Part shown: positions 1 through 24,650 of the stretch, in pieces | Position numbering within the stretch: the stretch's first letter is position 1 | Layout: each line of letters starts with the position of its first letter | Origin: Macrostomum lignano | Taxonomy: Eukaryota | Direction: 5' to 3' | Assembly: GCA_002269645.1 (NCBI GenBank) | Contig: NIVC01003114.1 | Coordinates: 31,373 to 95,372 of the forward strand | Length of the DNA: 64,000 nt | Notes under the pieces: model-generated | What the model saw: the letters and a program-made list of their open reading frames with translations, nothing else | The model's database searches: none | Told to the model about the DNA's origin: nothing | Program-made: the position numbers and the translations under genes

Positions 1-130
1 ATTCTCGACCCACTCGGAACAATTTGTGTCCTTGAGCAAGAACTTAACTCTGCATTGCTTCAGTTCACCCAGCTGTAAAATGGGTGCCAGCATTAGCTGG
101 GGTAATTGAGGCTGTGTGGCCAATACTGTA
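1..130 (+). mobile_element. SINE family 1 copy, 5' end outside the window and 3' end truncated
   Basis: Near-identical to 12690-12790 and 14250-14360 (ggaacaatttgtgtccttgagcaag...cagttcacccagctgtaaaatgggtgccagcattagctggg). Confidence 0.85.
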
Positions 131-300
131 CGGAGGCACGCACCCATGCACACGCTCACACAGGGTGTACAAGCGGCCCTGTGACTTTCCAATCATCAAG
201 CATGTACAATCTCTGTGCATTGGGGGGTTGGCCCTGTGAACGGATGTGAATCACACGAAAGCCCCAAATGAATGGTGGCCTCAAATCAGATAGGATTAGA
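121..300 (-). mobile_element. Diverged SINE family 2 fragment
   Basis: Reverse complement contains gccaaccccccaa...agggccgcttgtacaccctgtgtgagcgtgtg...gtgcgtgcctccgtacagtattgg, matching 54650-54740 and 13690-13785. Confidence 0.65.
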
Positions 301-765
301 TGCAGTAATATGTGCCGAATAGTCTGCAGATTGTTGTTTGTGTTTTTTTCAATGCTCTGAGCCAATTCCTGCAGAAGCTTAGCAGAACCCTCATCAGTTC
401 AAGGTCCGTAACGCATCTTACTTGTAGTTGAAAGTAGAAGCACTTAACTGATTAAAAATTCATAAAGTCAGTAATTATCTCCGTCTTTCTCACCTGTCAT
501 CCTTGCTTCGCGAGCCAAAGTTCTGTTTAAAATTGTACATATGGAGCTGGTCTCCCGACTCAAAATGACCGTGGAAGGCTCTGCTGCCAGAAGAAGAGCA
601 GGGGTTGCTGTGTTCCCAAAGACCGATCGTTGTACAGCAGAGCTTTTTAAAGCAGAGGCAAAAGGCAATTTGAGTTCAATTGGCTGCCTGCTCAGGGTGT
701 GCGCGAGTCGGCAGTGCAGAGGCAGCAGAGACAAAAGACTGAGTCGGGATAGAGATGAAGCTAGT

Positions 766-788
766 GTTTCCATGGCAACTCCACCTTG

Positions 789-823
<35 letters not shown>

Positions 824-886
824 AAATGAGGGGGAAGCTGGCTGGGTTGATGAAGATGACGCACCAACTCTAGTTTCCATGGAAAC
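766..886. promoter_or_regulatory. Two candidate RFX X-boxes flanking a (GA)n tract
   Basis: GTTTCCATGGCAAC (766-779) and GTTTCCATGGAAAC (873-886) both fit the X-box consensus GTHNYYATRRNAAC; (GA)15 lies at 791-820. Confidence 0.5.
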
Positions 887-1294
887 CACCAGTTGAGCAG
901 AGCTGAACGAGGATGAGGCTCCCAGGAGGGGATCGGGATAATGGGCCGGAGCGGCAGAGAGGAAATTGTTATGGGATAAGGGAAGCAAAATTTATGGGGG
1001 GGAGGATTTTTTTAAGGGAATGGCGAGAGACGTGGGACAAAGGAATAATGCAACATGGTAGAAAGAGGAGATTTGAGTGCCAGAGTGCGTGCATGAGCGG
1101 TTTGGATCGAAAATATGCCTGCTGAGAAAGGCTGGAAAGATTTAGTGCAATAGTCGGTGGTGCCTCTCTGCCCGACCCTCGGTTCCTTTGAAACTTCACA
1201 ATAGCAATCCGGCCCGCTCAAGGTCTGTGTCTCTTCTCTTCTCTCTCATCTCTTCTCTCATCCTATCTCCTCTTGAGGTAAAAACGAGGTGCAG

Positions 1295-1810
1295 AATGAG
1301 AGTGAAAATGAGATAGAAAGTGAGAGTGAGAGTGAGAATGAGGGTGAGATGGGAGTGAGGATGAGAGCGAGAGTGAAATAGAGATTGAGGGTGAGCTAAA
1401 GGGTGAGAGTGAGCTAAAGGGTAAGAAGCTAAAGGGTGAGAGTGAGCTGGAGGATGAGAGTGAGCTGGAGGATGAGAGTGAGGTTGAGGATGAGAGTGAG
1501 CTGGAGGGTGAGAGTGAGCTGGAGGGTGAGAGTGAGAAGGAGGGTGAGAGTGAGAAGGAGGGTGAGAGTGAGCTGGAGGGTGAGAGTAAGCTGGAGGGTG
1601 AGAGTGAGAAGGAGGGTGAGAGTGAGAAGGAGGGTGAGAGTGAGAAGGAGGGTGAGAGTGAGAAGGAGGGTGAGAGTGAGCTGGAGGGTGAGAGTGAGCT
1701 GGAGGGTGAGAGTGAGCTGGAGGGTGAGAGTGAGCTGGAGGATGAGAGTGAGCTGAAGGGTGAGAGTGAGCTGGAGGGTGAGAGTGAGCTGAAGGGTGAT
1801 AATGAGAAGG
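1295..1810 (+). repeat. GA-rich minisatellite, ~18-nt unit GAGTGAGCTGGAGGGTGA
   Basis: Tandem units visible directly; explains spurious ORF 1436-1756. Confidence 0.95.
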
Positions 1811-2465
1811 AGGGTGGGAACGAATTAGCGAAGCTGTGAAAACGTGAACTCTAATGTGAACGCAGAAGGACAGACAATCTCAGATCAAACGCAAACTACA
1901 CACGCGGTATTTCCTGTAAAAGAGAGAACTGATGAGATAAATGAGAGCTTCAAATCATTAATATAATTGTAAATATTTTCCACTAATTAGTCTCTGCCAA
2001 TAGCTTTTTTAACAGTTCCGTCATTGAACTTATTCTGCCCAACAGTCTACTAATAGTAGTCGAAAATAAATAAATTTTGCAGAAAATATGCAATTTGTAT
2101 CATAGTTTGTATTTCTTCTAGCTGCCTGTGCTGTGCTTCGAAGTGATTGGCACAGCTCAGAACAGCTCTCAGAGCCTTCATTTGGCTGAGGGGCGCGATG
2201 CTTTCAAGGGACGGGGATTGCTTAAGAATAGAAAGTACACTGACGGCAAGAGAAGAAGAATCAGAGGAGAGGAGATTGGGGGTAGGTTGCTCTGAGCAGC
2301 GTAGCCAAGCGAGGCCAGTGTACAGTGTACGAGCTGGGTGTGAATAGAAAAGCCTTGAGTACAAATTCACGACAGTTAGCGCTGCTCTCTAACTCCAAAA
2401 CAGTGTCTAGATCTCCAGCAGATTAAGCGAGAACTCCATGTCATGAAGGTGGATACTCGTATGCC

Positions 2466-14057
<11,592 letters not shown>

Positions 14058-14199
14058 AGTGCGCAACAGGTCTGCGTTCAAAAACATTCATATCGCAATC
14101 AAGCAAATCTCTTGTTAGCGTGCGCAAAAAGAACTCATTTTTCTTAGAAAATTCTCGTAATTGATCAACATCGACTCATCGGGAGTTTTATTTAAGTTT

Positions 14200-14452
14200 T
14201 AGCCAAGGGTTGTGGACTCACGAATTAAAGGTCGGGGGTTCGATTCCCGATTCCACCGGAACAATTTGTGTCCTTGAGCAAGACACTGAACTCTGTATTG
14301 CTTCAGTTCACCCAGCTGTAAAATGGGTGCCAGCATTAGCTGGGGTAATTGAGAGTGTGTGTGGCGACCCTGTGGAGTCCTTGGACTGAACAATAGCTGC
14401 GGTTGCATATCTGGCCCAATTGGGGCAGGTGTAATCCATTATTATTATTTAT
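14200..14452 (+). mobile_element. tRNA-derived SINE family 1
   Basis: TAGCCAAGGG head, GGGTTCGATTCCC B-box, same body and (TAT)n tail as the copy at 12628. Confidence 0.85.
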
Positions 14453-14929
14453 ACTAATAGTATCATAAGAAGGCTAAAAAATCAAGTAAAAAAGTTTATC
14501 AATAGATTTCTTTCTATGCGAATTTGAAGACAATCCTATTAGAGGTTTCTGTTTTAAATAAATAGAAATAATCATAAAAGTATCATACTCGTAGTATAGT
14601 TTAATAAAAAGTTCAAGCTAAATATTGATTTATCGCGTTTATTATTTATTTATTGTTTTTATCAACGACACAAGCAACCAGAATGACAACACCAAGGCAA
14701 CACCTGGAATAGCGAATGTCCAACAATGTCAACCAAAAGTTTTCCGAGATGGAGAGAAATATTTGTTTTAAATAGCTCAAACAAGTAAAACAAGAAAACT
14801 ATTTTCAAAATGCGAAAGACCAACTTTACCTGTATACAGTGGTGGTTAGTGTCCAGGGTAAGGACTGTGTTTTTTGACAATGTTGTTGGCGATTTCTGGG
14901 AAAATTTCCATATGCAATTCTCTGGGGAG

Positions 14930-15480
14930 ACTTCCGATTTTCTAGGAAACGTTTCTGTAAGGCGATTTTTTGGGAATTGCCAGAGAGGCGATTTTCTGGG
15001 GAGATTTTTAGAGAGGCGATTTACTAGGAAACGTTTCGGTAAGGCGATTTTCTAGGGAGATTTCTAGACAGGCGATTTTCTAGGGAGATTTCCTGACAGG
15101 CGATTCTCTGGGGAGATTTCCTGACAGGCGATTTTCTGGGGAGATTTCCTGACAGGCGATTTTCTAGGGAGATTTCCTGACAGGCGATTCTCTGGGGAGA
15201 TTTCCTGACAGGCGATTTTCTGGGGAGATTTCCTGACAGGCGATTCTCTGGAGAGATTTCCAGACAGGCGATTTTCTGGAGAGATTTCCAGACAGGCGAT
15301 TTTCTGGGGAGATTTCCAGACAGGCGATTTTCTGGGGAGGTTTCCAGAGAGGCGATTTTCTAGGAAATGTTTTTATTTATTTTTTTAAATAGGAAACGTT
15401 TCAGTAAGGCGATTTTTGGGGGAGATTTCCAGAGACGTTTAGGAAAGGCGATTTCTTCTAGAAGGGATTTTAGAAGGGTG
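14930..15480 (+). repeat. 28-nt minisatellite GAGATTTCCTGACAGGCGATTTTCTGGG
   Basis: Seen directly. Confidence 0.93.
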
Positions 15481-15519
15481 ATTTTAGGGGCACAAGAGGT
15501 CTAACTGTCTCTCCCAAGC

Positions 15520-16154
15520 TCACAGTCGGTAGTACAGATCGCAGTACGCATCAGCCAGCAGCCGGTGCAGCCCCAGCTGTGCGGTGTACCCGCCAGCCGG
15601 GTAGTCGGCAGGCAGACGGTCGGCCAGCACTGATACGGCGGCGTCGGCGGCCGCGGAGTCCAAGGACGGTCCGTTCAATGCCAGCCGGTGAGGCTTGACC
15701 AGCTCAGCCAGGGTGTCGGGGTCCAGACTGCTCGCAGGCGGTCGCGAGTTCTGTCCCGCCATGGAGGCCGTGGAGGCGACGCCAGCGGAGGCTGTGGATG
15801 AAGCGGTTGAGACGCTGGCAGCGGAACTGACAGCCGCCGCCGCTCCCGCCGCAGCTGCATCAGAGGCGGTCGCGCCTGCAGAGAGCGAGCAGCAGATCAG
15901 CTGTTTACGTCTTGAATTTGCCTTCTGCCCGAAATAATTTCATCCAAAAAACAATTGAAAGCTTTTGGTTTGACGGCAACATCTGCCGCGATTGTGCTTT
16001 CCCTCCGAGTGGAAGTGCACCGAATGACTCGTAGCTAGCGAGCAGGCAAACAGTCATGCCCCTGGGCACGCGCACAGATACTGTAAGCAGGCATGCACTC
16101 ATACACACGCTCACGCGGGGTGTACCGCGCCCCTAAAACATAAAAGCACATAAA

Positions 16155-16235
<81 letters not shown>

Positions 16236-16238
16236 CTA

Positions 16239-16303
<65 letters not shown>

Positions 16304-16462
16304 CTAAGACAGACAGACAGACAGACAGACAGACACTAAGACAGACAGACAGACAGACAGACAGACACTAAGACAGACAGACAGACACTAAGACAGACAG
16401 ACAGACACTAAGACAGACAGACAGACACTAAGACAGACAGACAGACAGACAGACAGACACTA

Positions 16463-16503
<41 letters not shown>

Positions 16504-16506
16504 CTA

Positions 16507-16579
<73 letters not shown>

Positions 16580-18374
16580 GGTGTCGTCAGGCGCGCTGAG
16601 CAGCCCCTTAGCAACAAACTATATGCATACCGGCAGCTGAGATATAGACAATTTCACTGCTAATAAAACAGATTGTACCCTCACCTATCTCGGTAATGCA
16701 TTTTCAACTCATTTCACGTACCTGCCGCTGCCGCTGCCGCCGCCGTCTCCACGCCGTTGCTCCTGCCTGAGCCCGACGCCTCCGACTCGATGACATTGTC
16801 CAGAGCGGCCAGCTCGGGCCTCCGCCGCAGCCGGTTACTCTTGATGGCGTCCGCGTGCGCCTTCTTGAACTCTTCGACGCTGCGCTTTGTTGCTTCAACA
16901 TCGATCTCGTTCGCTAAGTTGAACACGGCGGATTCAACAAACTCCAAATAGTTGTTGTACTCGGCTAGGCTGGAGAAATTGTCCTCGGATAAGTTCAGAT
17001 CCTTCATCAAGCGCTTACGAATGTCCAGTTCCTTTTCCACCTGGGGAAATTACATTTCAGAATCGCACCGTTAGTCCTTCAAATTAAATCACCTGTTTTA
17101 GAATCTCACCCCAATATCTCAGCCGTCTGAATCTCACCCTAAAATCTCAAGCTTCAGAATCTCACCCCAATATCTCAGTCGTCTGAATCTCACCCTAAAA
17201 TCTCAAGCTTCAGAATCTCACCCCAATATCTCAGTCGTCTGAATCTCACCCTAAAATCTCAAGCTTCAGAATCTCACTCTAAAATCTCAAGCTTCAGAAT
17301 CTCACTCTAATATCTCCGTCTCAGAATCTCACCCTAAAATCTCAAGCCTCAGAATCTCACCCTAAAATCACAAGTCTCAGAATCTCACTCTAAAATCTCG
17401 TCTCAGAATCTCACCCTAAAATTTCCAAGTCTCCTAATCTTATCCTAATATCACAAGTCACAGAATCTCACTTTAAAATCTTAAGTCTTAAAATCTCACT
17501 TTAAGATTTCAAGTCTCAGAATCTCACCCTAAAATCAGTCTCAGAATCTCACCCTAAAATTTCAAGTCCCAGAATCTCACCCTAATAGTTTCATTCTAAT
17601 ATCACAAGTCAGAATCTCACTTTAAAATCTTAAGTCTTAGAATCTCACCCTAAAATCTCAAGTCTTAGAATCTCACCCTAAAATCTCAAGCTTCAGAATC
17701 TCACCCTAAAATCTCAAGCCTCAGGATCTCACCCTAAAATCTCAAGTCTCAAAATCTCACCCTAAAATCTAAAGTCTGAGAATCTCACCATAATATCTCA
17801 AGTCTTAGAATCTCACCCTAAAATCTAAAGTCTCGGAATCTCACCCTAATATCTCAAGTCTCAGAATCTCACCCTAAAATCTAGTCTTAGAATCTCACCC
17901 TAAAATCTCAAGTCTTAGAATCTCACCCTAAAATCTAAAGTCTCGGAATCTCACCCTAATATCTCAAGTCTCAGAATCTCACCCTAAAATCTAGTCTTAG
18001 AATCTCACCCTAAAATCTAAAGTCTTAGAATCTCACCCTAAAATCTAAAGTCTCGGAATCTCACCCTAATATCACAAGTCTCGGAATCTCACCCTAAAAT
18101 CTCAAGTCTCAGAATCTCACCCTAATATCCCAAGTGAATTACCAAAACACATGTAATCAGGATGCCAAGTCACCTGGCTGTCCTCAAACATCTGGAAGCG
18201 GAACTGGCCCCTGCGCAGAGGAGTTTTGCACTGCGGGCAGGCGCCGCTGCCGCGCGAGAACAGAATGTCTACGCAGTTCTCGCATAGCGCGTGGCCGCAC
18301 GCGTTCACCATCATCTTCAGACTGGGATTGGTGTACTTGGTGGCCTTGCATTCTGGGCACTTCTGCTTGTCCAT
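15520..18374 (-). CDS. MNAT1: CDK-activating kinase assembly factor MAT1 (TFIIH RING subunit), 3 exons
   Basis: Exons 18374-18174, 17040-16722, 15875-15520 with matching phases 0 and 1. [35 protein letters not shown]...CPQC; [10 protein letters not shown]...YNNYLE; C-terminal [21 protein letters not shown]. Confidence 0.96.
15990..16135 (-). mobile_element. SINE family 2 relative, fragment
   Basis: Reverse complement ggtacaccccgcgtgagcgtgtgtatgagtgcatgcctgcttacagtat matches the family-2 core. Confidence 0.55.
16156..16580 (+). repeat. (GACA)n microsatellite with CACTAA interruptions
   Basis: Seen directly. Confidence 0.97.
17099..18133 (+). repeat. 28-nt minisatellite GAATCTCACCCTAAAATCTCAAGTCTCA, MNAT1 intron 1
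   Basis: Seen directly. Confidence 0.96.
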
Positions 18375-18822
18375 GGGAGCCAATTGTGACGCTGTGGGCA
18401 ATAACAACCGGCTGTTTCTAGATATGCTATTGATGACAAGTTCGGTGCGATCTATTACAGATAAGATTTTTTCTAGTCAGTAGTACACCGGTATATCATG
18501 GTAAATTAGATATTATAGCAAAAACTAACCAAAAATTATGATCAAAATACTTACTACTAACAAGTAGGCGGTATAAACCACCACTCAAGATGGTACAAAG
18601 TATATTTATAAACTTTTTATATCAAACTATTCATACATTAACTTGAACAAGTAAACAAATTGGATGCATCAGTCTATGCGGATAGCAGCTACAGAATGCG
18701 ATTCAAGTTGTACATTTCTGCTTGTTGACAATTGCAGATTGAATTGCAAGAGGGCGGCATGCAAAGGTCAGAGGGTCACACTGGTGCAGCTAACACTCTG
18801 GCACTGACAGAACGATTGAAAT

Positions 18823-19305
18823 GACAGACAGACAGACACAGTCACTCGGACACAGACATACAGTCACTCGGACGCAGACATACAGTCACTTAGACACAGA
18901 CATACAGACACACGGACACAGACATACAGACACTTAGACACAGACATACAGACACTCGGACAGACATACAGACACTCGGACACAGACATACAGACACTCG
19001 GACACAGACATACAGACACTCGGACACAGACATACAGACACACGGACACAGACATACAGACACTTAGACACAGACATACAGACACTCGGACACAGACATA
19101 CAGACACTCGGACACAGACATACAGACACTCGGACACAGACATACAGACACTCGGACAGACATACAGACACTCGGACACAGACATACAGACACTCGGACA
19201 CAGACATACAGACACTCGGACACAGACATACAGTCACTCGGACACAGACATACAGACACTCGGACACAGACATACAGACACTCGGACACAGCCAGTCACT
19301 CAGAC
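18823..19305 (+). repeat. 22-nt minisatellite GACACAGACATACAGACACTCG
   Basis: Seen directly. Confidence 0.96.
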
Positions 19306-19352
19306 AGCCAGAACCCAAAACTCAGCCAGCAAGCAGCTCATCCCCCGCAATC

Positions 19353-19778
19353 TCAACGGCCCCCAGCAGCGCCGCCGCCGGTCGCCTTGACGCTGGCAGC
19401 GGCGCTCAGCCGCCGGCCGAGCCGGAGGGCCTCCAGCTCGGAGCTCGGATGAATGGGCAGCACGCCAGCCAAGCCAAACAGCCGAGCCACGCCAAGCGAA
19501 GGCCGAGCTCCGTGGGCCATCCAGTGCATGAGGCGCCCGATGTCCACTCCAACCAGCTGCTCTCCGTGCGTGTTCACCAGCGGATCCCAGCTGCCCAGCT
19601 GCTCCAGTCCTGGGTCGTTGGCAGCCTGCAGGTGATTTCTAGCCTGAATGGTGAAGAACGGTCTGTTAGTGCAGCCCTCGTGCACCATGGAGACGGTGAG
19701 CTGCGGCGCCGGCTTCTTCGGGTACATCAGCGCCACCCGGTAGCCTTTGAGCGCCGGAATTGTTCGCCAGCCGCGCAT
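19353..19778 (-). CDS. MRPS16: Mitochondrial ribosomal protein S16 (bS16m), single exon
   Basis: GCTNRPFFTI...EQLGSWDPLVNTHGEQLV...HWMAHGA...LFGLAGVLPIHP closely parallels metazoan MRPS16 (GCTNRPFYRI...EQLGSYDP...LLGLAGFFPLHP). Confidence 0.93.
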   Translation of the reverse strand: MRGWRTIPALKGYRVALMYPKKPAPQLTVSMVHEGCTNRPFFTIQARNHLQAANDPGLEQLGSWDPLVNTHGEQLVGVDIGRLMHWMAHGARPSLGVARLFGLAGVLPIHPSSELEALRLGRRLSAAASVKATGGGAAGGR

Positions 19779-20317
19779 CGCCCGGGTTTTTGTGTGCTTG
19801 TTTTTTAATTAAATAAAAACTCTAATAGTACTACTGGCGGATCAGCTTGGCAGTAGTGCAGTTCGGCGGAGAAGCATGCATTATGTAGAATTCGAAAAAT
19901 ATTTATTTTAACCGCAAAATACTGGCGTTTGACCTTCAAGTTAAGCAGAGTCGGTCGCGGTTAGTACGCGGTAGATTATAGATAAATCGACAAAAAAATC
20001 AAACCATCATGGCTATAGCAAATAATTGAAGATTAAATTAAGAAAGAGAATTTATAGCACCATGGTAGTTGAACCGGCAGACTTTTATTTCTCTTCAATT
20101 TGTGAGATACGCGTACAATGTAAATATAAAATGGAAATATTCCTTAACTTTTATTCAACCTTAGCATTGAAGTTGACATACAGTGTAAGAAGCAGAACGG
20201 CATGACCTATCTATTGGCATTTGAAAGTGTTTACAACTCGCATTTGTGACTCTAAAGTCTAAATTCACCCAGAATTTATCATAGCTAAAATATATCGCTA
20301 AGAAATGGCACTCAGAG

Positions 20318-20682
20318 GGTAGGAGTGACATTGAGAGGGCAAGAGTGACACTGGGGGGTAGGAGTGATATTGGGAGGGTAGGAGTGACACATAGAGGTTA
20401 GGAGTGACACTGGGAGGTTAGGAGTGACACTGGGAGGGCAGGAGTGACACTGAGAGGTTAGGAGTGACATTTAGAGGCTAGGAGTGACACTGGGAGGGCG
20501 AGTGACACTGAGAGGTTAGGAGTTACATTGGGAGGGTAGGAGTGACACTGGGAGGGTAGGAGTGACACTGAGGTTAGAAGTGACATTTAGAGGCTAGGAG
20601 TTACATTGTGAGGTTAGGAGTGACATTGGGAGGCTAGGAGTGACACTGGGAGGCTAGGAGTGACACTGGGAGGAGTGACACT
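20318..20682 (+). repeat. 20-nt minisatellite GGAGTGACACTGGGAGGGTA
   Basis: Seen directly. Confidence 0.94.
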
Positions 20683-20721
20683 ACAGATTGAGAATCAGGC
20701 TATCTAGCCAACTGTTTTATT

Positions 20722-23605
20722 CTAAGAGTGCAGATCAAACGGATGCGACACGTAGACATCATCGAAGCGCTGCTGACTGACTGCACTGTCGTAGCGGAAG
20801 TACACCAGACGGGCAATCTGGCGTAGCAAGCGGCCACCGGAAGCGCATTCGGCTTTGTGACGGGCCAAGTCGCTGAGCTGACAGTCGCGGCTGCAGTAGC
20901 GGGCGTAGCCGCAACCGGTGCAGCGGTACAGGCTCTGCCTCTGCTGTCGGGCAGACTGGCACTCCCAGCACCTGCGAATGTTTGCTCATAGAATATATAC
21001 GAGGATAGGTGTGATCTATCCGCCCCTGCAATCTGATCTATCCACCCCTGCAACCTGATCTATCCGCCTCTGCAACCTGATCTATCCGCCTCTGCAACCT
21101 GATCTATCCGCCCCTGCAACCTGATCTATCCGCCTCTGCAACCTGATCTATCCGCCCCTGCAACCTGATCTATCCGCCCCTGCAACCTGATCTATCCGCC
21201 TCTGCAACCTGATCTATCCGCCTCTGCAACCTGATCTATCCGCCTCTGCAACCTGATCTATCCGCCCCTGCAACCTGATCTATCCGCCTCTGCAACCTGA
21301 TCTATCCGCCTCTGCAACCTGATCTATCCGCCTCTGCAACCTGATCTATCCGCCCCTGCAACCTGATCTATCCGGCCCTGCAACCTGATCTATCCGCCTC
21401 TGCAACCTGATCTATCCGCCTCTGCAACCTGATCTATCCGCCTCTGCAACCTGATCTATCCGCCTCTGCAACCTGATCTATCCGCCCCTGCAACCTGATC
21501 TATCCGCCTCTGCAACCTGATCTATCCGCCTCTGCAACCTGATCTATCCGCCTCTGCAACCTGATCTATCCGCCTCTGCAACCTGATCTATCCGCCTCTG
21601 CAACCTGATCTATCCGGCCCTGCAATCTGATCTATCCGGCCCTGCAATCTGATCTATCCGCCCCTGCAATCTGATCTATCCGCCCCTGCAATCTGATCTA
21701 TCCGGCCCTGCAATCTGATCTATCCGCCTCTGCAACCTGATCTATCCGCCTCTGCAACCTGATCTATCCGGCCCTGCAATCTGATCTATCCACCCCTGCA
21801 ACCTGATCTATCCGCCCCTGCAACCTGATCTATCCGGCCCTGCAACCTGATCTATCCGCCCCTGCAACCTGATCTATCCGCCACTGCAACCTGATCTATC
21901 CGGCCCTGCAATCTGATCTATCCGCCCCTGCAACCTGATCTGTCCGGCCCTGCAATCTGATCTATCCGCCCCTGCAACCTGATCTATCCACCACTGCAAT
22001 TCTATCTATCTGGCCCTGCAATCTGATCTATCCGGCCCTGCAATCTGATCTATCCGGCCCTGCAACCTGATCTATCCGCCCCTGCAACCTGATCTATCCG
22101 CCACTGCAACCTGATCTATCCGGCCCTGCAATCTGATCTATCCGCCCCTGCAACCTGATCTGTCCGGCCCTGCAATCTGATCTATCCGCCCCTGCAACCT
22201 GATCTATCCACCACTGCAATTCTATCTATCTGGCCCTGCAATCTGATCTATCCGGCCCTGCAATCTGATCTATCCGGCCCTGCAATCTGATCTATCCGCC
22301 CCTTCAACCTGATCTATCCCCCCTTGCAACCTGATCTATCTGCCCCTTCAACCTGATCTATTCCCTATTGCAACCTGATCTATCCGCCCCTTCAACCTGA
22401 TCTATCTGCCCCTTCAATCTGATCTATTCCCCATTGCAACCTGATCTATCCGCCCCTTCAACCTGATTTTCAACCTGACCTATCCGCCCCTGCAACAGAG
22501 ATCAGCTCACTTGTGCACAGAGCAGCCATGGACGAGAGCCGCAGTGCGCCGCACAGCCGACAGCGGCAAGTGCAGCACCCGCACAGTCTCCAGCTGTTCC
22601 ATTCTCAGACCGATCTGACCGTCCAGGAACTGATGCTGGACAGGGCAGAACATCACCATTGTGCTGCCCTTGCGCAGACTGCGATAGTCGAACTGACCGC
22701 TGTCACTGTCGGGATAGAAGAATATCCGGAACTCCCGGCCTCTTCTGTCTCTGGCTGTGACCGCGTTGCGCAGAAAACTGATGCCAGCGTGCGAGGCGTC
22801 TGAGATTTCCGCCAGTAGGACCCAGAATTTGCGGTAGAAGTTGCTGCGGGAGGGGAATCAACCCAAGCAATGAGCGCGAGGATGGCAACCCCCAAATACT
22901 CGTACACTTCTGCATCATCCGCCCCTAGCTACCTGGCTTTATCAACCTGTAGCTACCGACCTACATCATCCGCACCTAGCTACCTATCTCCCTTCATCAT
23001 CCGCTCCTAGCTACCTACCTTCCTTCATCATCCACCCCTAGTTACCTCCCTTCATCATCCACCCCTAGTTACCTCCCTTCATCATCCACCCTTAGCGATC
23101 TCCCTACATCATTCACCCTAGCTACCTCCCTATATCATCCAACCCTAGCGATCTCCCTACATCATTCACCCCTAGCTACCTCCCTACATCATCCACCCTT
23201 CCTACCTCCCTACATCATCCGACCCTAACTACCTCCCTACATCATCCAACCCTAGCTACCTCCCTACATCATGCGACCCTAACTACCTCCCTACATCATC
23301 CACCCGTAGCTACCGCCCTACATCATTCTCCCCAAATTTGCAATGTTAGCAGCCAAAAAATCAACCAACCCCTCATAAAAATCCTCATCATAATCGTTAT
23401 CCATCGGCAGCCTGTCAAATGTCGGAAAGTACAGATCATCAATCAGGGGATTGCTGGACGGCCGTTTAAACCAATCGGTGGGTCTCTTCACTTTGTGGCG
23501 AAATTTGGCCACGTTGGCCGCCTCGTTGGGGTGATGATTTTTCGGATACGAATCGGCCGCTCGCATCTGCTGCAAGATGTCCGGGTGCTGGCGCAGCTGA
23601 TCCAT
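20722..23605 (-). CDS. MYND zinc-finger protein with an uncharacterised N-terminal domain, 3 exons (not shown as one ORF in the track)
   Basis: Exons 23605-23370, 22843-22511, 20971-20722, both introns phase 2. Translation ...YFPTFDRLPMDNDYDEDFYEG/NFYRKFWVLLAEI...EFRIFFYPDS...LRKGSTMVMFCPVQHQFLDGQIGLRME.../CWECQSARQQRQSLYRCTGCGYARYCSRDCQLSDLARHKAEC...; AATAAA directly follows the stop. Confidence 0.88.
21008..22497 (+). repeat. 22-nt minisatellite CAACCTGATCTATCCGCCCCTG, fills MYND-gene intron 2
   Basis: Seen directly. Confidence 0.97.
22913..23323 (+). repeat. ~26-nt minisatellite CATCATCCACCCCTAGCTACCTCCCT, MYND-gene intron 1
   Basis: Seen directly. Confidence 0.9.
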
Positions 23606-23744
23606 CGAATTTGAGAGCGGCGAGCTCGAACTGAAAAATCCAAAATCTCTGGAGATTAGCATCTTTTAAAATTGGTCATTGCTCGCTGATTATTATCCTA
23701 TTGTTGTTTATACCCTGTCTGTGGTTTCCCCGTATCATATGGCT

Positions 23745-24650
23745 TGTCTTTATACTGTCTATGATTGATCATTGATCTGGCTATGATTGGTTATTCTCTT
23801 GTCTATGATTGGTCATTATCCTGTCTATGATTGGTCATTATCCTGTCTATGATTGGTCATTATTCTGTCTATGATTAGTCATTATCCTGTCTATGATTGG
23901 TCATTATCCTGTCTATGATTGGTCATTATCATGTCTATGATTGGTAATTGTTCTGTCTATGATTAGTCATTCTCTTGTCTATGATTTGTCATTATCCTGG
24001 CTATGATTGGTCATTCTCTTGTCTATGATGGGTCATTATCCTGTCTATGATTGGTCATTATCCTGTCTATGATTGGTCATTGTTCTTTCTATGATTGGTC
24101 ATTATCCTGTCTATGATTGGTCATTATCCTGTCTATGATTGGTCATTGTTCTTTCTATGATTGGTCATTATCCTGTCTATGATTGGTCATTATCCTGTCT
24201 ATGATTGGTCATTATCCTGTCTATGATTGGTCATTATCCTGTCTATGATTAGTCATTATCCTGTCTATGATTGGTCATTATCCTGTCTATGATTGGTCAT
24301 TATCCTGTCTATGATTGGTAATTCTCTTGTCTATGATTGTTCATTGATCTGGCCATGATTGGTCATCTCTTGTCTATGATTGGTCATTGATTTGGCTATG
24401 ATTGGTCATCTCTTGTCTATGATTGGTCATTATTCTGTCTATGATTGGTCATTATCCTGTCTATGATTGGTCATTATCCTGTCTACGATAGGTCATTCTC
24501 TTGTTTATGATTGGTCATTATCCTGTCTATGATTGGTAATTCTCTTGTCTTTGATTGGTCATTGATCTGGCTATGATTGGTCATCTCTTGTCTATGATTG
24601 GTCATTAACCTATGACTGGTCATTATTCTGTTCTACAGTTTGGTCATTAT
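23745..24650 (+). repeat. 22-nt minisatellite CTGTCTATGATTGGTCATTATC
   Basis: Seen directly. Confidence 0.96.
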
